Positions 54,751-64,000 of a stretch of 64,000 nucleotides of DNA are shown here, in pieces. Under the pieces are notes generated by a model that searched no databases, had not been told where the DNA came from, and worked only from the letters and a program-made list of their open reading frames with translations. The translations under genes were made by a program, and so were the position numbers. Location of the stretch: contig CP054838.1 in the NCBI GenBank assembly GCA_028768545.1, positions 632,727 to 696,726 of the forward strand. Reading direction: 5' to 3'. Each line of letters opens with the position of its first letter. The first letter of the stretch is position 1. Origin of the DNA: Desulfobacter sp. (GTDB lineage Bacteria > Desulfobacterota > Desulfobacteria > Desulfobacterales > Desulfobacteraceae).

Positions 54751-56180
54751 TGAACAAAAAAATATTAACGCCCAGTGAACGTCCCAAGGACGAATGCGGG
54801 GTATTCGGCCTGTACAAGCATCCCGAAGCTGCAAAAATCACTTACTTTGGACTCTATGCCCTACAGCACAGGGGCCAGGAAAGTGCCGGTATCTCTGTCA
54901 ACCGGGGGATCAACGATAAAATTTTCTCCCATAAAGGCATGGGCCTGGTGCCGGATATCTTTAACATGGAGGATCTGGAAAGAATCGAAGGGGGATCTGC
55001 CATAGGCCATGTGCGTTACTCTACCACAGGGGATTCCTGCATTACCAATGCCCAGCCCTTTGTGGTCAATCATCGGCATCGGTCCTATGCTCTGGCCCAC
55101 AACGGCAACCTGGTCAACGCCCATATACTGAGAGAAGAACTCGAAGAACAGGGGTCTATCTTCCAGACCACCATGGATTCCGAAGTCTTTCTCCATTTGT
55201 TCATCAAAAACCTGGTAAAGGGCGACATTGAAAACGCCGTGCTCAATGCCGTGGCCAAGATCCAGGGGGCCTATTCCATGATCCTTCTCACCTGCAAGGG
55301 AGAGGTGATCGGAATAAAGGACCCCAACGGGTTCAGACCCTTGGCCCTGGGCAAGCTCAACGGCCATTATGTCCTGGCCTCTGAAACCTGCGCCTTTGAC
55401 CTGGTTCAGGCAGAATTTATCCGGGAACTTGATCCCGGAGAAATTGTGATCATCAATGAAGACGGAATAAAATCCATTAAGCACCCAGAGGCGGCCGAAA
55501 AAAAATCCTTGTGCATCTTTGAATATATTTATTTTGCACGGCCTGATTCCACCATTGACGGGAAAAACGTCTATGAAATGCGCAAGGCCCACGGCAGGCG
55601 GCTTGCCCAGGAATCACATGTGGACGCGGATCTTGTCATGCCCTTTCCCGATTCAGGCAACTATGCCGCCATCGGCTATGCCGAAGAATCAGGCATTCCC
55701 TTTGAAATGGGGATGATCAGAAACCATTACGTGGGCCGCAGCTTTATCCAGCCCACCCAGTCCATGCGGGACTTTGCCGTCCGGGTCAAGCTCAACCCGG
55801 TAAGAGAACTCATCCGAGGCAAAGAGATCATCATCATAGAAGATTCCATTATCCGGGGCACCACGGCCAAAACAAGGGTCAAAGCGTTGCGGGAACTTGG
55901 GGCCAAAAAAATTCACATGCGCATCTCCTGTCCCCCCCATAAATTCCCCTGTTATTACGGAATTGACTTTTCTTCCAAGGGCGAATTGATTGCGGCCCAG
56001 AAACCTTTGGACGAACTCACAGAATACTTAGGACTGGATTCTCTTCACTATCTGTCCATCGAAGGAATGCTCGAGGCTTCCGGGGTAAAAAATCCCGAGG
56101 CCAATTTCTGCAAAGCCTGCTTTGACGGCAGTTATCCTGTACCCTTTGATCCCAATTTTACCAAACAATGCATGGGGTAA
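54750..56180 (+). CDS. purF: Amidophosphoribosyltransferase
   Basis: ECGVFG, LQHRGQE, GHVRYST, AHNGNL, PDSG, EDSIIRGTT and an Fe-S Cys motif. Confidence 0.97.
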   Translation: MNKKILTPSERPKDECGVFGLYKHPEAAKITYFGLYALQHRGQESAGISVNRGINDKIFSHKGMGLVPDIFNMEDLERIEGGSAIGHVRYSTTGDSCITNAQPFVVNHRHRSYALAHNGNLVNAHILREELEEQGSIFQTTMDSEVFLHLFIKNLVKGDIENAVLNAVAKIQGAYSMILLTCKGEVIGIKDPNGFRPLALGKLNGHYVLASETCAFDLVQAEFIRELDPGEIVIINEDGIKSIKHPEAAEKKSLCIFEYIYFARPDSTIDGKNVYEMRKAHGRRLAQESHVDADLVMPFPDSGNYAAIGYAEESGIPFEMGMIRNHYVGRSFIQPTQSMRDFAVRVKLNPVRELIRGKEIIIIEDSIIRGTTAKTRVKALRELGAKKIHMRISCPPHKFPCYYGIDFSSKGELIAAQKPLDELTEYLGLDSLHYLSIEGMLEASGVKNPEANFCKACFDGSYPVPFDPNFTKQCMG

Positions 56181-56181
56181 A

Positions 56182-57198
56182 ATGCAAAAAAATACTGTTG
56201 CCTTCTCAAAAGAGAGCTCAAACCTCTTTTTCCACATCCTGACCAAATGCAACCTGCGCTGCTCACACTGCTATATCAACCGTGAGCAGCACGGGGACCT
56301 TACCCTCTCACTTTCCACCATCCGATCGTGGTTTGAAATCTTTGCCCCCAAAGCCCAGCAGACCAATCTTGTGCTTTTAGGCGGAGAGCCCACGCTTCAC
56401 CCGGACCTGGCCCAAATCATAAAACTGGCCGGACAGATGGCGTTCAAATCCATTACCATTGATACCAACGGATTTCTCTTTCACGATATCCTGAACAAGA
56501 TCACCCCCCAGGACCTTGATTTTATCAGCTTTTCTTTGGACGGGGCCACAAGCGCCACCAATGATGCCATCAGGGGTCAAGGGTGCTGGGATGCTGTGAT
56601 GGCAGGGATTAAACGGGCAACAGACCTCGGGTTTGCCTGCTCCATGATCTATACGGTCTCTGAAAAAAATATCCACGAGCTTAATCTGATGCCCGATCTT
56701 GTAAAAGACATGGGTATTTCCCGGTTTTTCATCCAGGTTATCGGACTGAGGGGAGAATCCACAGGACCGAATACCCGGGATCAAGTCTCCAAAGAGACTT
56801 GGCAGACCACAATCCCCAAGGTGGCAAAACAAATTGCCGCACATAAAATCATTGTCACCTATCCCAAGGTCTTCCTTGACCTGGACCAGCCCTTTGAGTG
56901 TGCGGGCAATGTGGCTGATAATTATTTTGTATTTCCCAACGGAAGGGTATATCAATGCCCCATCTGTGAAGATTTTCCCCTTCACTCCCATTCCATTGAA
57001 AACAATCAACTTGTGCCCAGGCCAAAGATCAATGAAACAGACCTGTTTGCCCTGGATATTCCAGAAGGCTGTGTCATGAACAAGATGATCCAGCCGGGCA
57101 ACCTGGCCTATGACCCAAAGGGAAATCCCTGCCACAAGATTGAATGCTGCATGCTCAAGGAAGAAATCGTCCCCTGGCCCCATAAAATCATGCCTTAA
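56182..57198 (+). CDS. Radical SAM protein of unknown function
   Basis: CNLRCSHC, LGGEP, extra C-terminal Cys residues. The likely ATG is 1 nt after the purF stop. Confidence 0.88.
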   Translation: MQKNTVAFSKESSNLFFHILTKCNLRCSHCYINREQHGDLTLSLSTIRSWFEIFAPKAQQTNLVLLGGEPTLHPDLAQIIKLAGQMAFKSITIDTNGFLFHDILNKITPQDLDFISFSLDGATSATNDAIRGQGCWDAVMAGIKRATDLGFACSMIYTVSEKNIHELNLMPDLVKDMGISRFFIQVIGLRGESTGPNTRDQVSKETWQTTIPKVAKQIAAHKIIVTYPKVFLDLDQPFECAGNVADNYFVFPNGRVYQCPICEDFPLHSHSIENNQLVPRPKINETDLFALDIPEGCVMNKMIQPGNLAYDPKGNPCHKIECCMLKEEIVPWPHKIMP

Positions 57199-57212
57199 TT
57201 CCCCTCATAAAA

Positions 57213-59345
57213 TTGCTGCAAAGGATATTTTCAATGGACAGACATCAGTTAGACTTTCAAGAGAGTGCCGCCCTTTTGGGCCGCTATGATATCATTTCTT
57301 TGGGCAGACAGGTTTACTCTGTTTTGGAGGCAGCAACGGCCGCCAGCGACATGGGCTATCCTGCCGCAGTCAAACCTGTGTCCAAAAAAATCATTCACAA
57401 GTCAGATTCAGGTACCGTGTTTTTGAACCTTAAAACCCCTGAAGCCCTTGAATCCGCATGCCGGATCATTGAGGAAAAAATGGGCGGGTTCTCCCAAAAA
57501 GAAAAAGAGGGCATTTTGGTCCAAACGATGGCGGACAAGGGGTTTGAACTCCTTGTGGGAGCCAAACAGGATCCGGGATTCGGTCCCATTACCATGATCG
57601 GGATCGGGGGTATCTTTGTGGAATTATACGCAGATGCAGCCATGGGAATCGGGGTGTTGTCAAAAAATGATGTTGAACGAATGTTGACCAACACCCGTGC
57701 AGGCAAGGTGCTCGACGGATTCAGGGGCCAGAACTATGACAAAAAAGCCATTGTGGAACTGGCCATCAAGGTATCAAGACTCATGGCTGAAAATCCCCAA
57801 ATCAGTGAGCTGGACCTGAATCCGGTCATTGTTTATGAAAAGGGGTATGCCATTGTGGATGCCCGCCTGATCATGGATCCTGAAAATACAGCCGTACTTT
57901 CAGAAGATGTCAGGCCCTGGAAACAAGAGAGCGTGGATGCCATTTTCAATGCCAGGTCCGTTGCTGTGATCGGGGCATCCAGACCCGGCACCCAGGGCGG
58001 GGTGATCCTTAAAAACTGCATGGGGATAAAAAAACTATACCCGGTCCACCCCAAACTCAAAACCATCCACGGCCTGACCTGCTATCCCTCGTTGGCAGAT
58101 CTGCCCGAAGTCCCTGATGTCTGCGTCTTTGCCGTAAGTTCGGAAAGAACCGTCAGTATTTTTGAAGATTTCTGCAAGCTTGGGGGAAAGGGCGCCATTA
58201 TCTTCAGCGACGGATTTGCCGAAATGGGACGGGCCGACCTTGAAGAACGACTGATTGAGTTGAGCGAACAATACCAGGTCGGGTTCATCGGCCCCAACTG
58301 CATGGGGGTGATTGATAATTTTTCAGGACTCAATACCAATTATATCCCTGTTCAGCGCTCGGTCCCCCCGACGCCCTCCAATTGCGTGGGGGTGATCTCC
58401 CAGAGCGGGGGCATTGGCCTTGAACTTCTTGAAATGTTCGGGGCGGACAACCAGAACCTGGGCAAGTGGGTCTCCATTGGAAATGCCGCCAGCATGGGGG
58501 TGCCTGAAGTCCTTGCCCACATGGGAAAGGATCCCAACATCAAAATCATTGCCATCTATCTTGAAGGGGTAGCAGACGGGCTTAAACTCATGAAAGTGGG
58601 AAAAAAAGTGGCCCAAAAAAAACCGGTGCTGATTATCAAGGGCGGCATGGGCGGCGGGGCCCAGGCCGCACTTTCCCATACCGCATCCCTGGCAGGAAGC
58701 CATGATGCCTTTAAAGCCTGCTGCGAACAGGCAGGGTTTTATCTGGTGGAAGAACTCACAGAGGACCCGAAAATTATAGTCAATGTGCTTTCCATCCTCA
58801 CCAGCCAGCCAAAGACAAGAAGCTCACGAATTGCCGTGGTCAGTGTGGGCGGGGGGGCCGGCATTTTAATCGCAGACCAGGTCACAGAAGAGGGCATGAC
58901 CCTTGCTGAGTTTGCCCCTGAAACTAAACAACGGATGCAGGCCCTGATTGAAAAAGACCTGAAACCAGAACAGCAGATCATCAAGGATAAAATTCTGAAA
59001 AATGTGGGAAACAACCCCATTGACCTTTTCGGCAACTGCAGGGATGACAGGCTCCTGGAATCCATCCGTATCGCGGACCAGGACCCCAACACAGATGTGA
59101 TTATTGCCGCCATCTATCTCCAGGTGCCCCTGCTTTCCGAATACCTGCCCGAACGGCTGGTGGAGCTCAAGCAGGAGCTGACAAAGCCTTTGATCATATC
59201 TCCCAGGGGATTTTCCTCCTATGTGGCCAGGTGCAGAACCTATATGGCCGGCAAAAAGCTGCACACCTATACCGTACCCATGATGAAACCCTTGCGTATT
59301 GCTTTGGATATTTGGAAAAAATACCAAACCTCCTTTGTTGAGTAA
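57213..59345 (+). CDS. ADP-forming acyl-CoA synthetase-like protein, beta-alpha fusion
   Basis: N-terminal ATP-grasp (HKSD, ELDLNP), then CoA-binding (IGAS, GPNCMG) and SHTASLAG. Confidence 0.85.
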   Translation: MLQRIFSMDRHQLDFQESAALLGRYDIISLGRQVYSVLEAATAASDMGYPAAVKPVSKKIIHKSDSGTVFLNLKTPEALESACRIIEEKMGGFSQKEKEGILVQTMADKGFELLVGAKQDPGFGPITMIGIGGIFVELYADAAMGIGVLSKNDVERMLTNTRAGKVLDGFRGQNYDKKAIVELAIKVSRLMAENPQISELDLNPVIVYEKGYAIVDARLIMDPENTAVLSEDVRPWKQESVDAIFNARSVAVIGASRPGTQGGVILKNCMGIKKLYPVHPKLKTIHGLTCYPSLADLPEVPDVCVFAVSSERTVSIFEDFCKLGGKGAIIFSDGFAEMGRADLEERLIELSEQYQVGFIGPNCMGVIDNFSGLNTNYIPVQRSVPPTPSNCVGVISQSGGIGLELLEMFGADNQNLGKWVSIGNAASMGVPEVLAHMGKDPNIKIIAIYLEGVADGLKLMKVGKKVAQKKPVLIIKGGMGGGAQAALSHTASLAGSHDAFKACCEQAGFYLVEELTEDPKIIVNVLSILTSQPKTRSSRIAVVSVGGGAGILIADQVTEEGMTLAEFAPETKQRMQALIEKDLKPEQQIIKDKILKNVGNNPIDLFGNCRDDRLLESIRIADQDPNTDVIIAAIYLQVPLLSEYLPERLVELKQELTKPLIISPRGFSSYVARCRTYMAGKKLHTYTVPMMKPLRIALDIWKKYQTSFVE

Positions 59346-59361
59346 ACAGATTCGAATAAAG

Positions 59362-59389
59362 AAAAAAGGCAGGCATTCCTGTCTTTTTT
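59362..59389 (+). terminator. Intrinsic terminator, possibly bidirectional
   Basis: A run, AGGCAGG-CATT-CCTGTCT stem, T run. Confidence 0.6.
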
Positions 59390-59515
59390 CTTTCCAGGGA
59401 GAACGAACAAATCCCCATAACCCATTGACAAACCAGGCGCTTTCTGAAACTGTCTAAATCCATACTAATGCTGATGTCTGTTTTTTCTGCATATTTGTGT
59501 TGTGGAGGATGACCT

Positions 59516-59860
59516 ATGATTGAAGCCAGCAAAAGAAAAATCCTGATTGTTGATGATGTGCCGACCAACATCACTGTTTTGACCGAAATTCTGATGGATG
59601 ATTACAAAATGGTCTGTGCCACCAACGGCTCAGATGCATTAAAGCTGGCAGCCTCATCAGCGCCGGATCTTATTCTACTGGACATCATGATGCCGGAAAT
59701 GGACGGATATGAAGTCTGTCGCCGACTGAAAAAAGAAGAAAAGACCGGACCCATTCCTGTGATCTTTTTAACGGCCAAAAATCAGGAAACCGATGAAATC
59801 AAGGGACTTGAAGCAGGGGCAGTGGATTATATTGCAAAACCCTTCAATGCCCGGATTCTC
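59516..59860 (+). pseudogene. Response regulator truncated after the REC domain
   Basis: ILIVDD, LLDIMMPEMDG, DYIAKPF, then the IS256 IR. Confidence 0.88.
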
Positions 59861-61310
59861 GAGGGCGTTCAAAATTCTGTGTCAGTTGAATGAAAGCTGA
59901 TATACTCAGCTAAATAAGGAGAACTGACATGACCGAAGAAAACACCGAATTTGATTTTCAAAAAGCCCTTAAAGGCATCCAGGAAGGTAAACCCTTCACA
60001 GGTAAGGGCGGCGTCCTTACATCATTAATCAAAAATCTTGCTGAAGCTGCTCTTGAAGGAGAGTTGGAGTCCCATCTCGGGCAGGAAGTTTCTGCCAACC
60101 GCCGTAATGGAAAAAGCAAAAAGACCATTAAATCCCTGGATGGTAAATTTGAGCTAAAAACCCCGCGTGACAGGGCCGGAACCTTCTCTCCACAGATCGT
60201 CAAAAACATCAGACAACGCTCAGCGATGAAATTGAAAGAAAGATAATAGCCCTTTACGGCCTGGGCATGAGTTATAATGATATGGCTTCCCATTTACAGG
60301 AAATCTATGGACTTGAGATTTCAAATGCCACTCTGAGCACCATTACCGATAAAATCATCCATACCGTCAAAGAATGGCAGGCCAGGCCGTTGGAAAATGT
60401 GTACCCAATCGTATGGCTTGATGCCATACATTATAAAGTACGAGAAAACGGAAAGGTCAGCAGCAAAGCCGTTTACACAATTCTTGGGGTGAATATCGAG
60501 GGCCGCAAAGAGGTTCTTGGGCTGTACATATCCGAGAATGAGGGTGCGAACTTCTGGCTGCAGGTGTTAACAGACCTTTCAAACCGAGGGGTAAAAGATA
60601 TCCTGATTGCCTGTGTTGATGGTCTAAAAGGTTTTCCCGAGGCCATTGAGACCATATTCCCGGACACAGAAGTTCAACTCTGCGTAGTCCACCAGATCCG
60701 AAATTCATTGAAATACGTTGGTTCCAAAAATAAAAAGAAATTTATGGCAGATCTAAAACGTGTTTATAAAGCGGTCAATAAGGATCTGGCCGAAGAAGAA
60801 CTGGATATCTTGGAAAATAAATGGAATGACAAATACCCGATTGTGATAAAATCCTGGCGGAACAACTGGGAACGCCTCAGTCATTTCTTTAAATATCCAG
60901 AAGAGATCCGACGGATAATATACACCACAAATACCATTGAGGCTGTGCATCGACAGTTTCGAAAACTGACCAAAACAAAGGGATCGTTTCCTAACCAGGA
61001 CAGCCTGTTAAAGCTGCTTTACATGGGGATCCAGAACGCCAGTAAGAAATGGACAATGCCGGTTCAAAACTGGTCACTGACAATTTCCCAGTTGGCAATT
61101 TTCTTTGAAGGCCGGCTGGATAAAGAGCTGGGAATTTGATAGGGATTTATTTACAGATGGAAAAGATGGTTCCAGGAACTCCGCTCCAGCAAAAGCCAAC
61201 TCCTCCGACGTGGCAGATTGAAGGCCCATTCTCGGACCTGGCTTTTACTTCCGCTGGTGCCGAGACAGATCCGGGAACCGAAACCGTGACACAGAATTCT
61301 GAACATTCCC
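59861..61310 (+). mobile_element. IS256-family element, copy 3 (1-nt frameshift, no TSD)
   Basis: An A5 run replaces A6 near 60202. Both IRs are present and the flanks are unrelated. Confidence 0.95.
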
Positions 61311-61859
61311 GAAAAAACAGCATTGGCCAAAAAGCTAATTGAAAAGTCCTGTGAAAACCAGAAGATATTACCCGGTCAGCTTGGGCTACATGCAGATCGG
61401 GGAGCCAGTATGAAATCCAAAGGGGTTGCCCAGCTTCTTGTCGATTTAGGGGTAACCAAAACCCACAGTCGACCACATGTCAGCAATGATAACCCATACT
61501 CTGAAGCCCAGTTTAAAACATTGAAATATTGTCCACAATTTCCCAAAACTTTTGGTGCTATTCAGGATGCAAGAACCTTCTGCCAGGATTTTTTTGGATA
61601 CTACAACAAAGAGCATTACCATTCTGGTATTGGCCTGGTAACCCCAGAACAATTTCATTATGGCATTGCTAAAGATATTTATGAATCTCGCTGCCGAACA
61701 TTGGAGGATGCATTTATTCAAAACCCAAAACGATTTAAGGGAAAAATACCGAGGCCACCGGCTTTACCAGAAGAAGCCTGGATTAACAAACCGGAACAAA
61801 AAGAGAAGGATATTATTGGAGCTTAATTTTAGGCATAGAGTGTCTCATTGTCATTGACA
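61311..61859 (+). mobile_element. IS3-family element, 3' remnant
   Basis: rve motifs HADRG, SNDNPYSEAQFKTLKY and YNKEHYHSGI; right end TGTCTCATTGTCATTGACA. Confidence 0.85.
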
Positions 61860-62744
61860 CATTCCGTCTGTCAGAAAATCGTTTCCATGATGGAGGGCTC
61901 GATTCAGGTTGAAAGCACCCCGGACAAGGGAAGTCTTTTCAGCTTTACGATCTTTCTGGAAAAAGAGAATGCCCCTTTAAACAGCCGTATAAAGTTTCCG
62001 TATGAACTTCAGAGTATGAAAATTTTAGTGGTTGAAAACAATCCTTGTGTTCAGCATGTTCTCCAAGAGATGCTCTCTTCGTTTGGGTTCAGCCCCTGTG
62101 TGGTCAGCACCGGAAAACAAGCCATTGAACGCTTTGATCATTCACCTGAAAAATCTCTTTTTGACCTTTTGATTGCCAACACCAGTCTGCCGGATATGAG
62201 CGGGGAGCTTTTATCCCAGGAAATCAGGGTCAGGGCAGCGTCTGAAAATTTGCCGGTGATTATTATGGATACCTACAATGTCCGCAAGAAAAGCGCCTTG
62301 TTAAAGCATAATAAAAGCTATTATTTTCTCCAGAAGCCTGTGATTGCCTCATATCTTTTTGATGCGATCATGGAGGCCTTTGGCAGGCAGAATGATTTTT
62401 CTTCCCAATCATGCCCTGAAACCCTTTTTGGATACACCTCCCCTGCAATTGTACTCCTTGCAGAAGATAATCCCATTAATCAGATGGTGGCCGTTGAAAT
62501 TCTCACCCTTGCCAGAATGACGGTTCATAAGGCTGGAAACGGTATCGAGGCCATTGAGAAAATTAAAAACCAGGACTTTGATGTGGTGTTAATGGATGTG
62601 CAGATGCCGGAGATGGACGGGTTGGAAGCCACCAGCCGAATCCGTACTGAGTTGGGAAAAAAAGAGCTGCCCATTATTGCCATGACAGCCCATGCCATGC
62701 GAGGGGACCGCGAAAAATGTATTGCTGCGGGCATGAATGATTAT
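61860..62744 (+). pseudogene. Hybrid histidine kinase internal remnant (end of HATPase plus two REC domains)
   Basis: SVCQKIVSMMEGSIQVES...GSLFSF, LLAEDNPINQ and LMDVQMPEMDG. Cut by IS3 at the 5' end and IS6 at the 3' end. Confidence 0.88.
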
Positions 62745-63570
62745 GGTTCTGTTGCAAAAAAATATTTCCAGGACAAAGAGATCGTTCAGGCGTAAAATTT
62801 ACGCAGCATAAGAAAACAGATTTTCGACGAATTCTTTCTGCTTTAAAATTTCTCCCTTCCTAATATTTTTAACTTGTCCTTTTCTGATCATGTTCATAAT
62901 TTCATAGCCTTTTAGCGTCCGCCAGGCAGAATGAAATGTCTTGAACCCCATACCAGCTCTGACAAGCTTTTTGATAAACCGGTGGTCTTGCTCAATAATA
63001 TTGTTCAGATATTTATTCTGTCTTAGGATACAGTCCTTATTCAGAAGCTTTTTTTCTTTCAAAGCCTTTACTGCCGGAGGATATGCAGGATTTCCGTCAA
63101 CACTCAGAACCCGAGGTCTGGAGCTATTGGAAGCTCGCAGCATCTTTTTAAAAAATCGTTTGGCAGATTCCATATTACGTCTGCTGCGAAGAAGAAAATC
63201 GATGGTATTTCCACGGGAATCGACCGCTCGGTAAAGATACTTCATTTTCCCCCGCACCTTGATATATGTTTCATCAATACGGTAAGAATCATTTGATTGC
63301 CGCAGATACTTCCTGCTTCGCTTTTCCATTTCAGGAGCATAGCGCTGAACCCATCGGTAAATGGTACTGTGATCCACAGACAAGCCCCGTTCTTGCATCA
63401 TCTCTTCCAGATTCCTGTAACTCAGTTGATATCTCAGATACCAGCGAACATTCAACAGGATGATTTCTTTTTCATAATGACGCCACTTGAAAGGGTTTTC
63501 ATTTTTCATACTATCTCTCTGCAAACAAATTAGTGCCAAAACGGACTTGTATCAGACATTAATAATTTTT
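62745..63570 (-). mobile_element. IS6-family element, copy 3 (intact transposase 62799-63539; left IR cut by ISL3)
   Basis: Same transposase as copy 2. The sequence stops at TAATTTTT, before GCAACAAAACC. Confidence 0.95.
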
Positions 63571-64000
63571 GGTTCATCAGAAAATCGCGTACCTGGACTG
63601 AGAAACATCACTGGGAAGGCAATAACACAGTAAGGATTTTTATGCTTGAAATGATGGTGTGAACATGATCATGTTCTAATTTTTTTGTGTTATTCGCACA
63701 AAATCGGAGAATGAATTAATGTCCACAAGCTTCATATACCATGCCTTTGGCCTTCGTGACTACTTTTATAAAACAACACGTTTCATCGGTGGAATAATCA
63801 CTTTTGAACTCATACCAAAACCGGAGGCGGTAAAATGCCCGGAATGTAATTCCAGGTCCGTCACCAGGAAAGGGATTGTGACAAGAGATCTCAGAAAAAT
63901 ACCGGTAGGTTCAAAACCCGTGATTCTCAGGACGGCTATCCAGAGAATTTGGTGTTCGTTCTGTCAATTTGTCCGGCAAATCAAACTATCCTTTGCCCAG
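63571..64000 (+). mobile_element. ISL3-family element, 5' part (transposase starts at 63719 and runs off the window)
   Basis: Begins GGTTC after an AT-rich site. Translates MSTSFIYHAFGL...CPECNSR...IPVGSKPV...QRIWCSFC (zf-ISL3); not in the ORF track. Confidence 0.88.

Overview
Bacterial chromosome segment. Gene content (hcp/HcpR, tungsten AOR, glnE, many hybrid kinases, aroF-aroB, hisS-aspS, carAB-purF) suggests a sulfate-reducing Desulfobacteraceae-like organism; this is inference. Housekeeping genes are intact. Accessory genes are heavily damaged by insertion sequences: 3 IS6, 3 IS256, 2 IS4, and one each of ISKra4/ISLre2-like, IS630 stub, IS3 remnant and ISL3, about 11 kb or 17% of the window. 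There are also nonsense and deletion lesions. The best candidate for an undescribed system is a TetR-controlled glycyl radical enzyme (GRE) with an N-terminal SCP2-like lipid-binding domain and a divergent activase. The GRE gene reconstructs to about 1026 aa once two IS insertions are removed. Other notable signals are a complete Trp/Phe leader-peptide attenuator upstream of aroF-aroB, a long hairpin with compensatory changes in the IS256 3' tail, a candidate structured RNA at about 2.83-2.98 kb, and uncharacterised Fe-S/siroheme proteins in the hcp operon. I saw no tRNA, rRNA or CRISPR array. All family assignments come from motif recognition; no database search was run.
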